Assembly: GCA_900617105.1 (NCBI GenBank)
Contig: UYFQ01000006.1
Coordinates: 496,001-560,000 of the forward strand
Source of the DNA: Hydrurus foetidus
Taxonomy: Eukaryota
Reading direction: 5' to 3'
DNA: 64,000 nucleotides
In this document: positions 29,552 through 38,895 of the stretch, piece after piece
How the letters are laid out: each line of letters opens with the position of its first letter
Numbering within the stretch: the stretch's first letter is position 1
Position numbers and translations under genes: made by a program
Notes under the pieces: model-generated
Told to the model about the DNA's origin: nothing
Databases searched by the model: none
The model's input: the letters and a program-made list of their open reading frames with translations, nothing else

Positions 29552-30952
29552 ATGACCACCTCATCACCCATGTCCCCCACACCGTCCCTCGCCGCCCCCG
29601 TTTCGCTCACCTTCACCGAGGCGCTCCAATTCTGGTTCAAGCTCGGCCTTATCAGTTTTGGTGGCCCCGCCGGGCAAATCGCCATCATGCACCGTGAGCT
29701 GGTGGAGCAAAAGCGCTGGATCAGCGAAAAGCGCTTCCTCCATGCCCTGAACTACTGCATGTTGCTGCCTGGCCCCGAGGCGCAGCAGCTCGCCACCTAC
29801 ATCGGTTGGCTGCTGCACCGCACCTGGGGCGGCGTAGCGGCGGGTGCGCTGTTTGTGCTGCCCTCGTTGTTCATTTTGATCGCTTTGAGCTGGATTTATG
29901 TGGCCTTTGGCGCGGTGCCCTGGGTGGCGGGACTGCTGTACGGCATCAAACCAGCGGTGGCGGCACTGGTCGTGCAGGCGGTACACCGCATTGGCAGTAA
30001 AACCCTTAAAAAACCGACAAAAGCGCCCATCCTGTGGGCGATAGCAGCTATCAGTTTTGTAGCTATTTACGTGTTTGCCGTGCCCTTTCCCGCCATCGTG
30101 TTGGGCGCGGCGGTTGTCGGTTGGTTGGGATCTAAGTTCGCGCCTGCGCAGTTCACGGGTGGTGGGCATGGTGCGGTGAAAGCCAACCAAGATGCCCAAT
30201 TAAGCCCCGCGCTCATCGACGACGACACCCCCACACCAGAACATGCCCGCTTCAAACCCACCCGCTTGGCTGCGGTGGTGGGTGTAGGGGCTGCACTCTG
30301 GCTGCTGCCGATGGGCGCGTTGATCGCATGGCAGGGTTGGGACGCGACGCTGACGCAGATGGGCTGGTTCTTCACCAAGGCCGCGTTGCTGACCTTCGGT
30401 GGCGCGTATGCCGTGCTGCCCTACGTCTACCAGGGCGCGGTGGAACAGTTCAGCTGGCTCACCGGCACGCAGATGATCGACGGCCTCGCTTTGGGCGAAA
30501 CCACACCCGGCCCGCTCATCATGGTGGTGGCTTTTGTGGGCTTTTTGGGGGGCTGGAGCAAGGCGGTGCTGGGGCCAGACGCGCTGTTCCTGGGGGCCGC
30601 GTTGGCCGCCACGGTGGTGACGTGGTTCACCTTTTTGCCGTCGTTCATCTTCATCCTGGCCGGTGGGCCGCTGGTCGAGGCCACACATGGCAAGCTGCAA
30701 TTCACCGCCCCGCTCACAGCCATCACGGCAGCGGTGGTGGGGGTGATCGCCAGTTTAGCTCTGTTTTTCATAGCGCACATCGCTTTAAAAACGGGCGGTA
30801 ATGGCGCTTTTTATACCCAAATAGATTGGGTGGCCCTGGCGTTGGCCTTGGCGGCGGGGGTGGCGCTGATACGCTTCAAACGCGGCGTGATTCCGGTGAT
30901 TGCCGCCTGTGCGCTGGCCGGGCTGGTGCTGCGGCTGGTGGGGTGGGCGTGA
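29552..30952 (+). CDS. chrA: Chromate efflux transporter ChrA
   Basis: SFGGPAGQI, LLPGPEAQQ, TFGGAYAV, ETTPGP. Confidence 0.95.
   Translation: MTTSSPMSPTPSLAAPVSLTFTEALQFWFKLGLISFGGPAGQIAIMHRELVEQKRWISEKRFLHALNYCMLLPGPEAQQLATYIGWLLHRTWGGVAAGALFVLPSLFILIALSWIYVAFGAVPWVAGLLYGIKPAVAALVVQAVHRIGSKTLKKPTKAPILWAIAAISFVAIYVFAVPFPAIVLGAAVVGWLGSKFAPAQFTGGGHGAVKANQDAQLSPALIDDDTPTPEHARFKPTRLAAVVGVGAALWLLPMGALIAWQGWDATLTQMGWFFTKAALLTFGGAYAVLPYVYQGAVEQFSWLTGTQMIDGLALGETTPGPLIMVVAFVGFLGGWSKAVLGPDALFLGAALAATVVTWFTFLPSFIFILAGGPLVEATHGKLQFTAPLTAITAAVVGVIASLALFFIAHIALKTGGNGAFYTQIDWVALALALAAGVALIRFKRGVIPVIAACALAGLVLRLVGWA
30008..30063 (-). repeat. Dispersed two-palindrome motif, reverse copy inside chrA
   Basis: GCGCCCATCCTGTGGGCG ATAGCA GCTAT CAGTTTT GTAGC. 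Confidence 0.85.
30758..30813 (+). repeat. Dispersed two-palindrome motif, forward copy inside chrA
   Basis: GCTCT GTTTTTC ATAGC GCACAT CGCTTTAAAAACGGGCGG TAATGGCGCTTTTT. Confidence 0.8.
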
Positions 30953-30971
30953 AGTCCAACATGAAGCCGCG

Positions 30972-31424
30972 CTATTTTTGCGCCTCAAAATTCTGACGCA
31001 CCCGCTCCAACAAGGCCATCAGTTGCTGCTGTTCTGCCACGCTCAGCCCCGCCACGGCCAGCGTGGCCAGATGCTCGGATTGCTGCTGTAAAGCTCGCAA
31101 AACCGCTGAGCCATCCGCCGTCACCGACAAGCGCACGTTGCGTCGATCGGTAGCATCTTCTTCGCCCACCAGAAAGGCACGCTCCCGCAAACCTTTGATA
31201 AGGCGGGCGAGTTGCGCTTTGTCGCGCCCACTGTGCCGCGCCAGATCGCTCTGCGTCGCACCGGGGTGGTGGCCGATGTAACCCAGCACCTTGCTTTCCA
31301 TGTGCGTCACCTCATGACCACCGCTGCGCAGCACCTGAAACTGCTGTGAGCGGTAGTGGTGCATCACGGTGTGAATCAGCTCCAGTGGGTTGTTGTCCGC
31401 AGCGGTTTTTCCAATGGTTGACAT
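30972..31424 (-). CDS. MarR family regulator
   Basis: ATQSDLA...DKAQLARLIKGL...DRRNVRL; start placed at the MSTIG ATG. Confidence 0.9.
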   Translation of the reverse strand: MSTIGKTAADNNPLELIHTVMHHYRSQQFQVLRSGGHEVTHMESKVLGYIGHHPGATQSDLARHSGRDKAQLARLIKGLRERAFLVGEEDATDRRNVRLSVTADGSAVLRALQQQSEHLATLAVAGLSVAEQQQLMALLERVRQNFEAQK

Positions 31425-31468
31425 TATCAATTTATTTTGAGTATGATGAAGGACATTATCAACCATTG
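31412..31468. promoter_or_regulatory. Divergent MarR/SIP control region with twin operators and a sigma70 promoter
   Basis: GACATTATCAA at 31420-31430 and 31452-31462; outer inverted repeat CAATGGTTGA/TCAACCATTG; TTGACA-N18-TATGAT. Confidence 0.75.
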
Positions 31469-31479
31469 AGCCTGAACCC

Positions 31480-32238
31480 ATGACTTCGATCCCCGTCCCC
31501 ATCCCCACCCGCCCCACACAGCGCGTCCAGCGTGTGCGCCACGAGCTCAAACGCCGCGACTTACAGGTCGTGCGTGTGGAGGCCATCAGCCCCCACTTCC
31601 AGCGCATCACCTTCACCAGTGAATCCCTGGCCGATTTCGTCAGTGCGTCGTTTGACGACCACATCAAAGTGTTTTTCGACGCGGCGGCGGACGGTGAACC
31701 CGTGCGGCGTGACTACACCCCACGGCACTTCGACACCGCTGTGTGTGAACTGGCCATCGAGTTCGCCTTGCACGGCGACGGCCCTGCCGCGAACTGGGCG
31801 GCACAAGCCACACCCGGCCAAACGCTCAGCATCGGTGGCCCGCGTGGCTCGCTGGTGATTCCCACCGACTTTGACTGGCACTTGCTGGTGGGCGACGAAA
31901 CCGCCTTGCCCGCCATTGCGCGGCGCTTGGAAGAGCTGCCCAGCACCACCCGTGCCATCGCCGTGATTCATGTGGCCGATGCAGCAGACCAGCGCCCGCT
32001 GCCCAGCGCTGCCAACGTCAGCGTGCAATGGGTCGCGGATGCCGATGCGCTGGTCGATACGGTTCGCGCTTTGGAATTGCCCAGCGGCGAAGGCTATGCG
32101 TGGTGCGCTGGCGAGGCGAGCGTGATGGCCGCACTGCGCCGTGTGCTGGTGGAAGAGAAAGGCGTTGACCGCCATGCCGTGCGTGCTGCCGCCTACTGGA
32201 AGCGCGGCGCGATCGCTCACCACGAAAACCTAGAGTAA
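31480..32238 (+). CDS. Siderophore-interacting protein (ViuB/YqjH family)
   Basis: DDHIKVFF, RDYTPR, GPRGS, GDETALPAI, WCAGE, YWKRG. Confidence 0.95.
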   Translation: MTSIPVPIPTRPTQRVQRVRHELKRRDLQVVRVEAISPHFQRITFTSESLADFVSASFDDHIKVFFDAAADGEPVRRDYTPRHFDTAVCELAIEFALHGDGPAANWAAQATPGQTLSIGGPRGSLVIPTDFDWHLLVGDETALPAIARRLEELPSTTRAIAVIHVADAADQRPLPSAANVSVQWVADADALVDTVRALELPSGEGYAWCAGEASVMAALRRVLVEEKGVDRHAVRAAAYWKRGAIAHHENLE

Positions 32239-32274
32239 AGTTGTACGATAACTTTTGCTTTGAACAACCCCATC

Positions 32275-33048
32275 ATGCCCTCCGTTTTCACCGCCATCAC
32301 GCCCGGCCTGCACTTGTCAGAGCAGGTGGCGCAAGCCCTCGCGTCCGAGATCCGCAGTGGGCGCATCGCCGCTGGCGACAAGCTGCCCACCGAGGCGGCA
32401 CTGGTGGTGCAGTTCTCCGTCAGCCGCACCGTTGTGCGTGAAGCGGTGTCGCGGCTCAAATCACTGGGCTTGGTGGATTCGCGCCAAGGCAGCGGCGTTT
32501 ACGTGCGGGCTGCCGGGTTTTCGCCGCTGAATTTCGACGCCCGCTATGCGGTGTCCAAGCAGGCGGTGATCCAAATGGTGGAAGTGCGCCGTGCGCTCGA
32601 AGCCGAAGTCGCCGGGCTCGCCGCCCAGCGCCGCACCGATGCGGATGTGCAGCGCATCAGAGCGGCTATCGTCGCGCTCGATGCGGCCGTAGCGGCCGGT
32701 GGCGACGGTGTGGACGAAGACGTGAAGTACCACCGCGCCATCGCCGACGCAGCCCAAAACCCCTTCCTCATCGGCACACTGGAATACCTGGGCCAGTTCC
32801 TCATCGGTGCCACCCGCGTGACCCGCGCCAACGAGGCCCGGCGCACCGATTTCGCCCGCCAAGTCAGCCGCGAACACGACATGATCGCCCGCGCCATCGA
32901 AGCCGGCGACCCCGTGGCCGCCCGCAAAGCCGCCGCCCGCCACATGGACAACGCCATCCAGCGCATTGAGCGGGCCGACCCGGCGTTTTGGCAGCAACAG
33001 GGTGTTGCTCTGGCGGGGCCGCTGGTGGAAGGACTAGGAACCTCTTAA
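32275..33048 (+). CDS. FadR/GntR family regulator
   Basis: KLPTEAAL...VSRTVVREA HTH, FCD domain; palindrome AAAGTT-N7-AACTTT at 32237-32255. Confidence 0.93.
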   Translation: MPSVFTAITPGLHLSEQVAQALASEIRSGRIAAGDKLPTEAALVVQFSVSRTVVREAVSRLKSLGLVDSRQGSGVYVRAAGFSPLNFDARYAVSKQAVIQMVEVRRALEAEVAGLAAQRRTDADVQRIRAAIVALDAAVAAGGDGVDEDVKYHRAIADAAQNPFLIGTLEYLGQFLIGATRVTRANEARRTDFARQVSREHDMIARAIEAGDPVAARKAAARHMDNAIQRIERADPAFWQQQGVALAGPLVEGLGTS

Positions 33049-33093
33049 AACTGAGCTTTTTCAAGGGCTTGTGGCGGCGGGAAGGAGGGCGGA

Positions 33094-34635
33094 TTACTCC
33101 TCCAGCAGATTGCGCATACGCATCTGCGGTTTCAGCGTGTCTTGCCGCACCACCACTTTGAAATTCTCCATAATTTCATGGTGCTCATGCAGACTGGCGG
33201 CGTTTACCAAAGTGGCCAAGGTCAGTTGGCTTTTGGCATAGGCTAACGTCAAGGTGCTGCTAACTTCATCTTGAATTAGGTGTGTGGCGTAGTTGCCCGA
33301 ACTCACATCGAGCATATTACCGTGCAGTGAGGTTTTGAACTTCGAGGTCAAGCTGGCGTTTTGCGTTTGCGTCAGTAATCCGGCATCGGTGGTTTTGCCC
33401 GGTTCCAGCAGGGTTTGTTGGTCAATGCGGTAGTCAAAATGCCCGGCTTCAGTCGTGTAGTGGTGCATGGAGCCATTGTTAAAGTCACCGCCCATGTTGG
33501 CTTGAAAGTCGGCCAATCCGGTCAGTAAAGTGGTGGCCTGGGCGGGTATGTTCTTCGCACCCGTGACCGCCACCAAGGAACTGGAGGGATAGGCGGTGTG
33601 CAATTGTGCAAAGCTGTCGCTGAACTGGCTCAGCAGTTCTGGGTTGCCATGCCCTCGCCGGGTAGCGGCACCGAACTGATCTAAAAAACCCTTCACAGCG
33701 GTTTGCCGCTGCTGCGCACTCCCCCACAGTGCTGGCCGCGTCAAGTCAACCTTGACCGACAAGTCGCCTGCTTGGCTTTTCATGTGGACGCTTCTTTGGC
33801 TGGCGTTGGCATGGAAATCAAACGAACCGAAGCCGTTGTAGGGCACGGCGCTACGGAAAGTCAGATCAACCCCAGAAAGCACGCTGGTGTCGTAGTCTGC
33901 CAGCCCGGCAATGTTGACTTGCGGCGCACGGCTGCCCAAACCTTGCAGCGCAGCTTCAAAACCTTGGGCGAGTTTGGCAATGGCTTGCTGCTCTGCGGGT
34001 GTCAATGTCCCTTGGGTTTGCACCTCTACGCCCAAACCTTGCTCGATGCCAGGGACTCTGCTGCTCGTGCTGTCTTGTACCAAAATGCGGACTTCTGCAC
34101 CCGAACGGGTGTGGATTTTCAAACTGAAGGTGTCCGCCGTATCTTTGAATGCGCTCAACGCTTGCGCCCCGTTGAGCGTGCTGACCCCCATATCAGATGA
34201 CCATGTTGAGGTGTTGGTTTGGGGGTCGTACACCGGTATCGTCAACCGCGGTTGATAGTTCACAGCGCTGTACTGGTAGTTGCTTGCTGTGGTTTTGAAA
34301 CGCTCTAAAAGCGCACTTCCTAACCCACGAATACGCCCTGCTAAGCTGTACTGTCCGTCGGCATAACCCGCATTTTGGTTGCGCAACACCACCGCGCTGG
34401 CCGCATCGTCGCCAGACCCGCTGCGGATTTGCAGGGTGCCACTAAAAGCACTTAGAGGCCTGCTGTAGATCACCGATGGCTGAGGTTGGCCCGACAAGGT
34501 AAGCACCGCACTGGCCGCTGGCGGCGTAACGGTATCGACCAGCACGGGCACCTCGGGCTGAATGCTGAAATTCGCCCTCGTCCAGGAAGAAATACCCGTA
34601 CCCAGCATTACGCTCGGATTGAAAGATGTATTCAT
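33094..34635 (-). CDS. Hypothetical Ser/Thr/Gln-rich protein (513 aa)
   Basis: Long ORF with SD AAGGG; no signal peptide or catalytic motif recognised. Confidence 0.8.
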   Translation of the reverse strand: MNTSFNPSVMLGTGISSWTRANFSIQPEVPVLVDTVTPPAASAVLTLSGQPQPSVIYSRPLSAFSGTLQIRSGSGDDAASAVVLRNQNAGYADGQYSLAGRIRGLGSALLERFKTTASNYQYSAVNYQPRLTIPVYDPQTNTSTWSSDMGVSTLNGAQALSAFKDTADTFSLKIHTRSGAEVRILVQDSTSSRVPGIEQGLGVEVQTQGTLTPAEQQAIAKLAQGFEAALQGLGSRAPQVNIAGLADYDTSVLSGVDLTFRSAVPYNGFGSFDFHANASQRSVHMKSQAGDLSVKVDLTRPALWGSAQQRQTAVKGFLDQFGAATRRGHGNPELLSQFSDSFAQLHTAYPSSSLVAVTGAKNIPAQATTLLTGLADFQANMGGDFNNGSMHHYTTEAGHFDYRIDQQTLLEPGKTTDAGLLTQTQNASLTSKFKTSLHGNMLDVSSGNYATHLIQDEVSSTLTLAYAKSQLTLATLVNAASLHEHHEIMENFKVVVRQDTLKPQMRMRNLLEE

Positions 34636-34673
34636 GGTGATGCCGCCCTTCTTTTCTGCACTGTCCTGAAGGT

Positions 34674-34700
34674 ATATCGGCACTTTGGAAGACCCCATGA
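34674..34700 (-). promoter_or_regulatory. Candidate sigma28 (FliA) promoter
   Basis: Minus strand TCATG-N14-GCCGATAT, 38 nt before the ATG. Confidence 0.6.
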
Positions 34701-34896
34701 AGCGGTACTTTGTCTGATCTGTGAGCCATCATTCCTGTTAATCGAACACCAGACGAACGATTAGCGGGGATAAGTTACGAAGACTGGCCGCTCATTCAAC
34801 ACGGCAGCGGGAAAACCCGAGTTACAACAGGCGCTCAAATTTGTATGATGACCTGACTAATTTCGACCATCACCGCTTCTTTTCACCCTCATTCCC

Positions 34897-35877
34897 ATGA
34901 ACGAAACGCCCCCCGTCGCCAAGGCGATGAACGCAGCCATGACCCCTGGTGCTAACGTCGGCGCTTCTGTTGGCGTCATCGGCCTCGGTGCCATGGGCAG
35001 TGGCATGGCCGCATCGCTGCGCCGCCACGGCTGTAACGTCCATGTGTTCGATGTGCGCACCGAGGTGGCGCAGGCCTTTGCCCAAGAGGGCGGCGTGGCG
35101 TGCGCAACGCTGGCGGCGTTGGGGGCGCAGTGCCGGGTCATCGTCAGCGTCGTCGTCAACGCGGCGCAAACCGAGAGTGTGCTGTTTGGCACGTCCCTTG
35201 GCGCAGGCAACGATGGCACAGGTTGCGTGGCCACGATGGCACCGGGCAGTGTGTTTGTAATGTGTTCTACCGTAGACCCGACTTGGTCGGCGGCGCTCGA
35301 AGCCCGTCTGGCCAAGTTGGGCATTCTCTACATTGACGCGCCCATCTCGGGTGGGGCGGCCAAAGCGGCCAGCGGGCAGATGACGATGATGACGGCGGCC
35401 ACGCCTGCTGCCTATGCCGCCGTAGGGCCGCTGCTCGACGCGATGGCCGCCAAGGTCTACCGCTTGGGCGACTGCGCCGGGGCGGGCAGCAAGGTCAAAA
35501 TCATCAACCAGCTGCTGGCCGGTGTGCATATTGCCGCTGCTGCCGAGGCGATGGCGCTGGGCCTGCGCGAAGGTGTGGACGCGGCGGCGCTGTACGAGGT
35601 CATCACCCACAGTGCGGGCAACAGCTGGATGTTTGAGAACCGCATGGCGCATGTGCTGGCCGCAGATTACACGCCACTGTCGGCGGTGGATATTTTCGTC
35701 AAAGACCTGGGGCTGGTGCTCGACATGGCGCGTGCCAGCAAGTTCCCGTTGCCGCTGTCCAGCACCGCACACCAGATGTTCATGCAGGCGTCCACCGCAG
35801 GCTTTGCACGGGAAGACGACAGTGCAGTCATCAAGATTTTTCCAGGCATTGAGTTGCCGAAAAAGCCTGCACCGTAA
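34897..35877 (+). CDS. ltnD: L-threonate dehydrogenase (3-hydroxyisobutyrate dehydrogenase family)
   Basis: GLGAMG, DAPISGG, KIINQLLAGVH, SAGNSWMFENR; otnKCI context. Confidence 0.88.
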   Translation: MNETPPVAKAMNAAMTPGANVGASVGVIGLGAMGSGMAASLRRHGCNVHVFDVRTEVAQAFAQEGGVACATLAALGAQCRVIVSVVVNAAQTESVLFGTSLGAGNDGTGCVATMAPGSVFVMCSTVDPTWSAALEARLAKLGILYIDAPISGGAAKAASGQMTMMTAATPAAYAAVGPLLDAMAAKVYRLGDCAGAGSKVKIINQLLAGVHIAAAAEAMALGLREGVDAAALYEVITHSAGNSWMFENRMAHVLAADYTPLSAVDIFVKDLGLVLDMARASKFPLPLSSTAHQMFMQASTAGFAREDDSAVIKIFPGIELPKKPAP

Positions 35878-36009
35878 GCGGGTGCAATGCGCCCTAGAAA
35901 AGGAACAGGGGATGGCCCCAGCATCCCCATAAACCCTGCAACCCGTGTTCGGGCGTATGCTTCACGCCGCGTTAATAACCGTATGACCTATAACCTTTAG
36001 GAGACTGCT

Positions 36010-36987
36010 TTGAAACTGAAAACTCTGGCTTTGTTGATGGCGACCGTTGGTGTGTCTGCTTTGTCCGTGTCTGCCCAAGCGCAAACCGTGATCAAGATTG
36101 GTTACGCCGTAGCAGCAAACTCGCACTATGGCGTGGGAAGCACCGCGTTTTGTGATGAAGTTGAAAAGGGCACGCAAGGCCGCTACAAGTGCCAACAGTT
36201 CCCCAACAGCTCTCTGGGTGGCGAGCGCGAGATGATTGAATCCGTGCAGCTGGGCACGCTGGACGTGGTGAACACCTCCACCGGCCCAGTGGGTAACTTT
36301 GTGCCTGAAGTCAAAATTGTGGACATCCCCTTCCTGTTTCGGGACTACGACCATGCCCGCAAGGTGATGGACGGCCCCATTGGGCAAGACATCCTGACCA
36401 AATTCCCTGCCAAAGGTTTGATCGCGCTCTCGTGGGTTGAGAACGGCTTTCGCCACATGACGAACAGCAAACACCCCATCGTCAAGCCCACTGATGCCGC
36501 CGGTCTGAAGATGCGCACGATGGAAAACAAAGTCCACATGGACGGCTACCGTGCTTTCGGCATTTTGCCCACGCCTATGGCTTTCCCCGAGGTGTTTGGC
36601 GCGTTGCAGCAAGGCACAGTAGACGGTCAAGAAAACCCCATTCCCGTGATCTTGGCGTCCAAGTTTTCTCAGGTGCAAAAGTACCTGTCGCTGACGGGCC
36701 ATGTGTATTCGCCAGCTTTGCTCATCACCTCGCCACGCCTGATGAACAAGTTGACGGATGCGGACAAAAAGGTGTTCTACGAAGCAGCCAAAAAAGCCAC
36801 CGTGGCTCAGCGTAAAAAGGTGAATGATGACGAGGCCACCGGCATCGCCCAGCTGGAAAAAGACGGCATGAGCGTCGTCACCAAAGTGGACGGCCAAGCC
36901 TTCCGCGATGCGCTCAAGCCCGTGTACGCGAGCTACGCCAAAGACTTTGGTGCTGAGAACATCAAAAAAATCCAAGACGTGAAGTAA
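36010..36987 (+). CDS. TRAP transporter substrate-binding protein (DctP family)
   Basis: Signal peptide, LGGEREM, ENGFRH, VDGQENP; TTG start after AGGAG. Confidence 0.93.
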   Translation: MKLKTLALLMATVGVSALSVSAQAQTVIKIGYAVAANSHYGVGSTAFCDEVEKGTQGRYKCQQFPNSSLGGEREMIESVQLGTLDVVNTSTGPVGNFVPEVKIVDIPFLFRDYDHARKVMDGPIGQDILTKFPAKGLIALSWVENGFRHMTNSKHPIVKPTDAAGLKMRTMENKVHMDGYRAFGILPTPMAFPEVFGALQQGTVDGQENPIPVILASKFSQVQKYLSLTGHVYSPALLITSPRLMNKLTDADKKVFYEAAKKATVAQRKKVNDDEATGIAQLEKDGMSVVTKVDGQAFRDALKPVYASYAKDFGAENIKKIQDVK

Positions 36988-37057
36988 GCCTAGGCTGTCC
37001 TTTTTAACCCTTTCAGCAGCCTGAAGTTCAACCTGCCATTACCCGTCACGACCTGCC

Positions 37058-37570
37058 ATGCAAGCCTTTGAACATTACTTTATGGCCGTCAACCGATGGC
37101 TGCTAATTGGGATTTTGGCGGTCATGTCCGTCATCATCTTTGCCAATGTGGGGTTGCGTTACCTCACCAACGAGTCCATCGTCTGGGCCGAAGAGGTGGC
37201 CCGCCACCTGATGATCTGGCTGACCTTCATCGGCTGTGGCCCGGTGCTGCGCTACGGCGGGCACATTGCAGTTGAAAACCTGCAAGACGCGCTGCCCAAG
37301 GTGGCGGCGCAAGTGGTGCGGGGGGTGATTGCGCTGCTGCTGCTGGGGTTCTTTGCGTTCTTTGTGTGGTTTGGCATCGAGTACATGGACCGCACACAGT
37401 TCCAGCAAACGCCCACCACGCAAATCTCTATGGCCTACATCTACGCCTCTTTGCCAGTGGGTGCGGCCATGGCCATCGTGCATTTGCTGCTGGTGATGCG
37501 CAGCTACGTGGTAGACCGCACGTTCGCGTCGGATGCCCATTTTGATGCCACCGCGAGTGCTTCCCTATGA
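37058..37570 (+). CDS. TRAP transporter small permease (DctQ)
   Basis: Four TM helices, WAEEVAR, GGHIAV. Confidence 0.92.
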   Translation: MQAFEHYFMAVNRWLLIGILAVMSVIIFANVGLRYLTNESIVWAEEVARHLMIWLTFIGCGPVLRYGGHIAVENLQDALPKVAAQVVRGVIALLLLGFFAFFVWFGIEYMDRTQFQQTPTTQISMAYIYASLPVGAAMAIVHLLLVMRSYVVDRTFASDAHFDATASASL

Positions 37571-38859
37571 GCGCGAGTGCCATGCTCCTGATTTCGGCCT
37601 GTATTTACCTGGCCATCGGTGTCCCGGTGGCTTTTGCGCTGGGCTTGTCCACCATCACCGCTTTGCTGGTATCGGGCAACTTCCCCATGCTGGTGCTGCT
37701 GAAGGAAACCTTCACCGGCATCGACAGCTTTCCGCTGATGGCGGTGCCGTTTTTCATCTTGGCGGCTGAGCTGATGAGTGGCGGCTCGCTGACCGAGGTG
37801 CTGTTGAAATTCGCAGGCCAGTTCGTCGGCCACAAGCGCGGCGGTTTGGGCTACACCAACGTGGTGGCGCTGACGTTCTTTTCCGGCATCTCCGGCTCCG
37901 CCTTGGCAGACGCCGCTGGCCCTGGCGCGATGATGATCCGCATGATGGACAAGGCCGGTTACGGCAGGCCTTACGCGGCGGCGCTCACCGCATCTACCGC
38001 CATCGTCGGGCCCATCATTCCGCCGTCCATCATCATGATTATTTATGCACTGGCCGATGACAACGTCTCGGTGGGTGCGCTCTTTGTGGCCGGGCTGATT
38101 CCGGGCTTGCTGATCGCGGTGGCGATGTGCGGTGTGAACTGGTATGTGTCCAAGCAGCGCAACTACAAGGGCGACGGCCAAATGCCCTCATGGCCCGAGA
38201 TTGTTCGAACCACGTGGCGTGCCTTGCCAGCGGTGCTGTTGCCCGTGCTGATTTTGGGCGGGATGCGTGCCGGTTGGTTCACGCCCACAGAGGCTTCGGT
38301 GGTAGCCGTGTTCTACGCCCTTCTGTGTGGCAAATACGTTTACGGCACGCTGGAATGGAAGGCTGTGCCCGACATCCTCTCGCGCTCGGCTTTGCTGACG
38401 GCCTCGGTGCTCATCATCATCGGCATGTCCGCGTCGTTTGCCTGGGTGCTGACGATCGAGAACGTGCCGCAAAACGTGGCGAACTGGATCGTTTCCATGC
38501 ACCTGAATGCCTGGACGTTCCTGATCGTCATCAACGTGTTTTTGCTGTTGTTCGGCATTTTCATTGAGCCCTTGCCAGGCGTGATGGTGCTGGTGCCTAT
38601 CCTTGCGCCTGTGGCTGCCAAGCTGGGTGTAGACCCGATTCACTTTGCGATGGTGGTTATCTACAACCTCACACTGGGGATGATCACGCCGCCGGTGGGT
38701 GGGCTGCTGTTCGTTACGTCCAACGTGTCCAAGGTGCCACTGACCGAATTGACACGTGAACTCGTGCCCTTCCTGTGGGCGCACGGCGCGGTGTTGGTGC
38801 TGCTGACGTTCATGCCCGCCTTGAGCAACTGGTTGCCCCATGTGATGGGTTTCAAGTAA
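37567..38859 (+). CDS. TRAP transporter large permease (DctM)
   Basis: LMAVPFF, SGSALAD, IIPPS, TPTEA, ITPPVG. Confidence 0.95.
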   Translation: MSASAMLLISACIYLAIGVPVAFALGLSTITALLVSGNFPMLVLLKETFTGIDSFPLMAVPFFILAAELMSGGSLTEVLLKFAGQFVGHKRGGLGYTNVVALTFFSGISGSALADAAGPGAMMIRMMDKAGYGRPYAAALTASTAIVGPIIPPSIIMIIYALADDNVSVGALFVAGLIPGLLIAVAMCGVNWYVSKQRNYKGDGQMPSWPEIVRTTWRALPAVLLPVLILGGMRAGWFTPTEASVVAVFYALLCGKYVYGTLEWKAVPDILSRSALLTASVLIIIGMSASFAWVLTIENVPQNVANWIVSMHLNAWTFLIVINVFLLLFGIFIEPLPGVMVLVPILAPVAAKLGVDPIHFAMVVIYNLTLGMITPPVGGLLFVTSNVSKVPLTELTRELVPFLWAHGAVLVLLTFMPALSNWLPHVMGFK

Positions 38860-38895
38860 GCCACGCCAACACCTAAGCAAAAGAAAGAATTCAAC

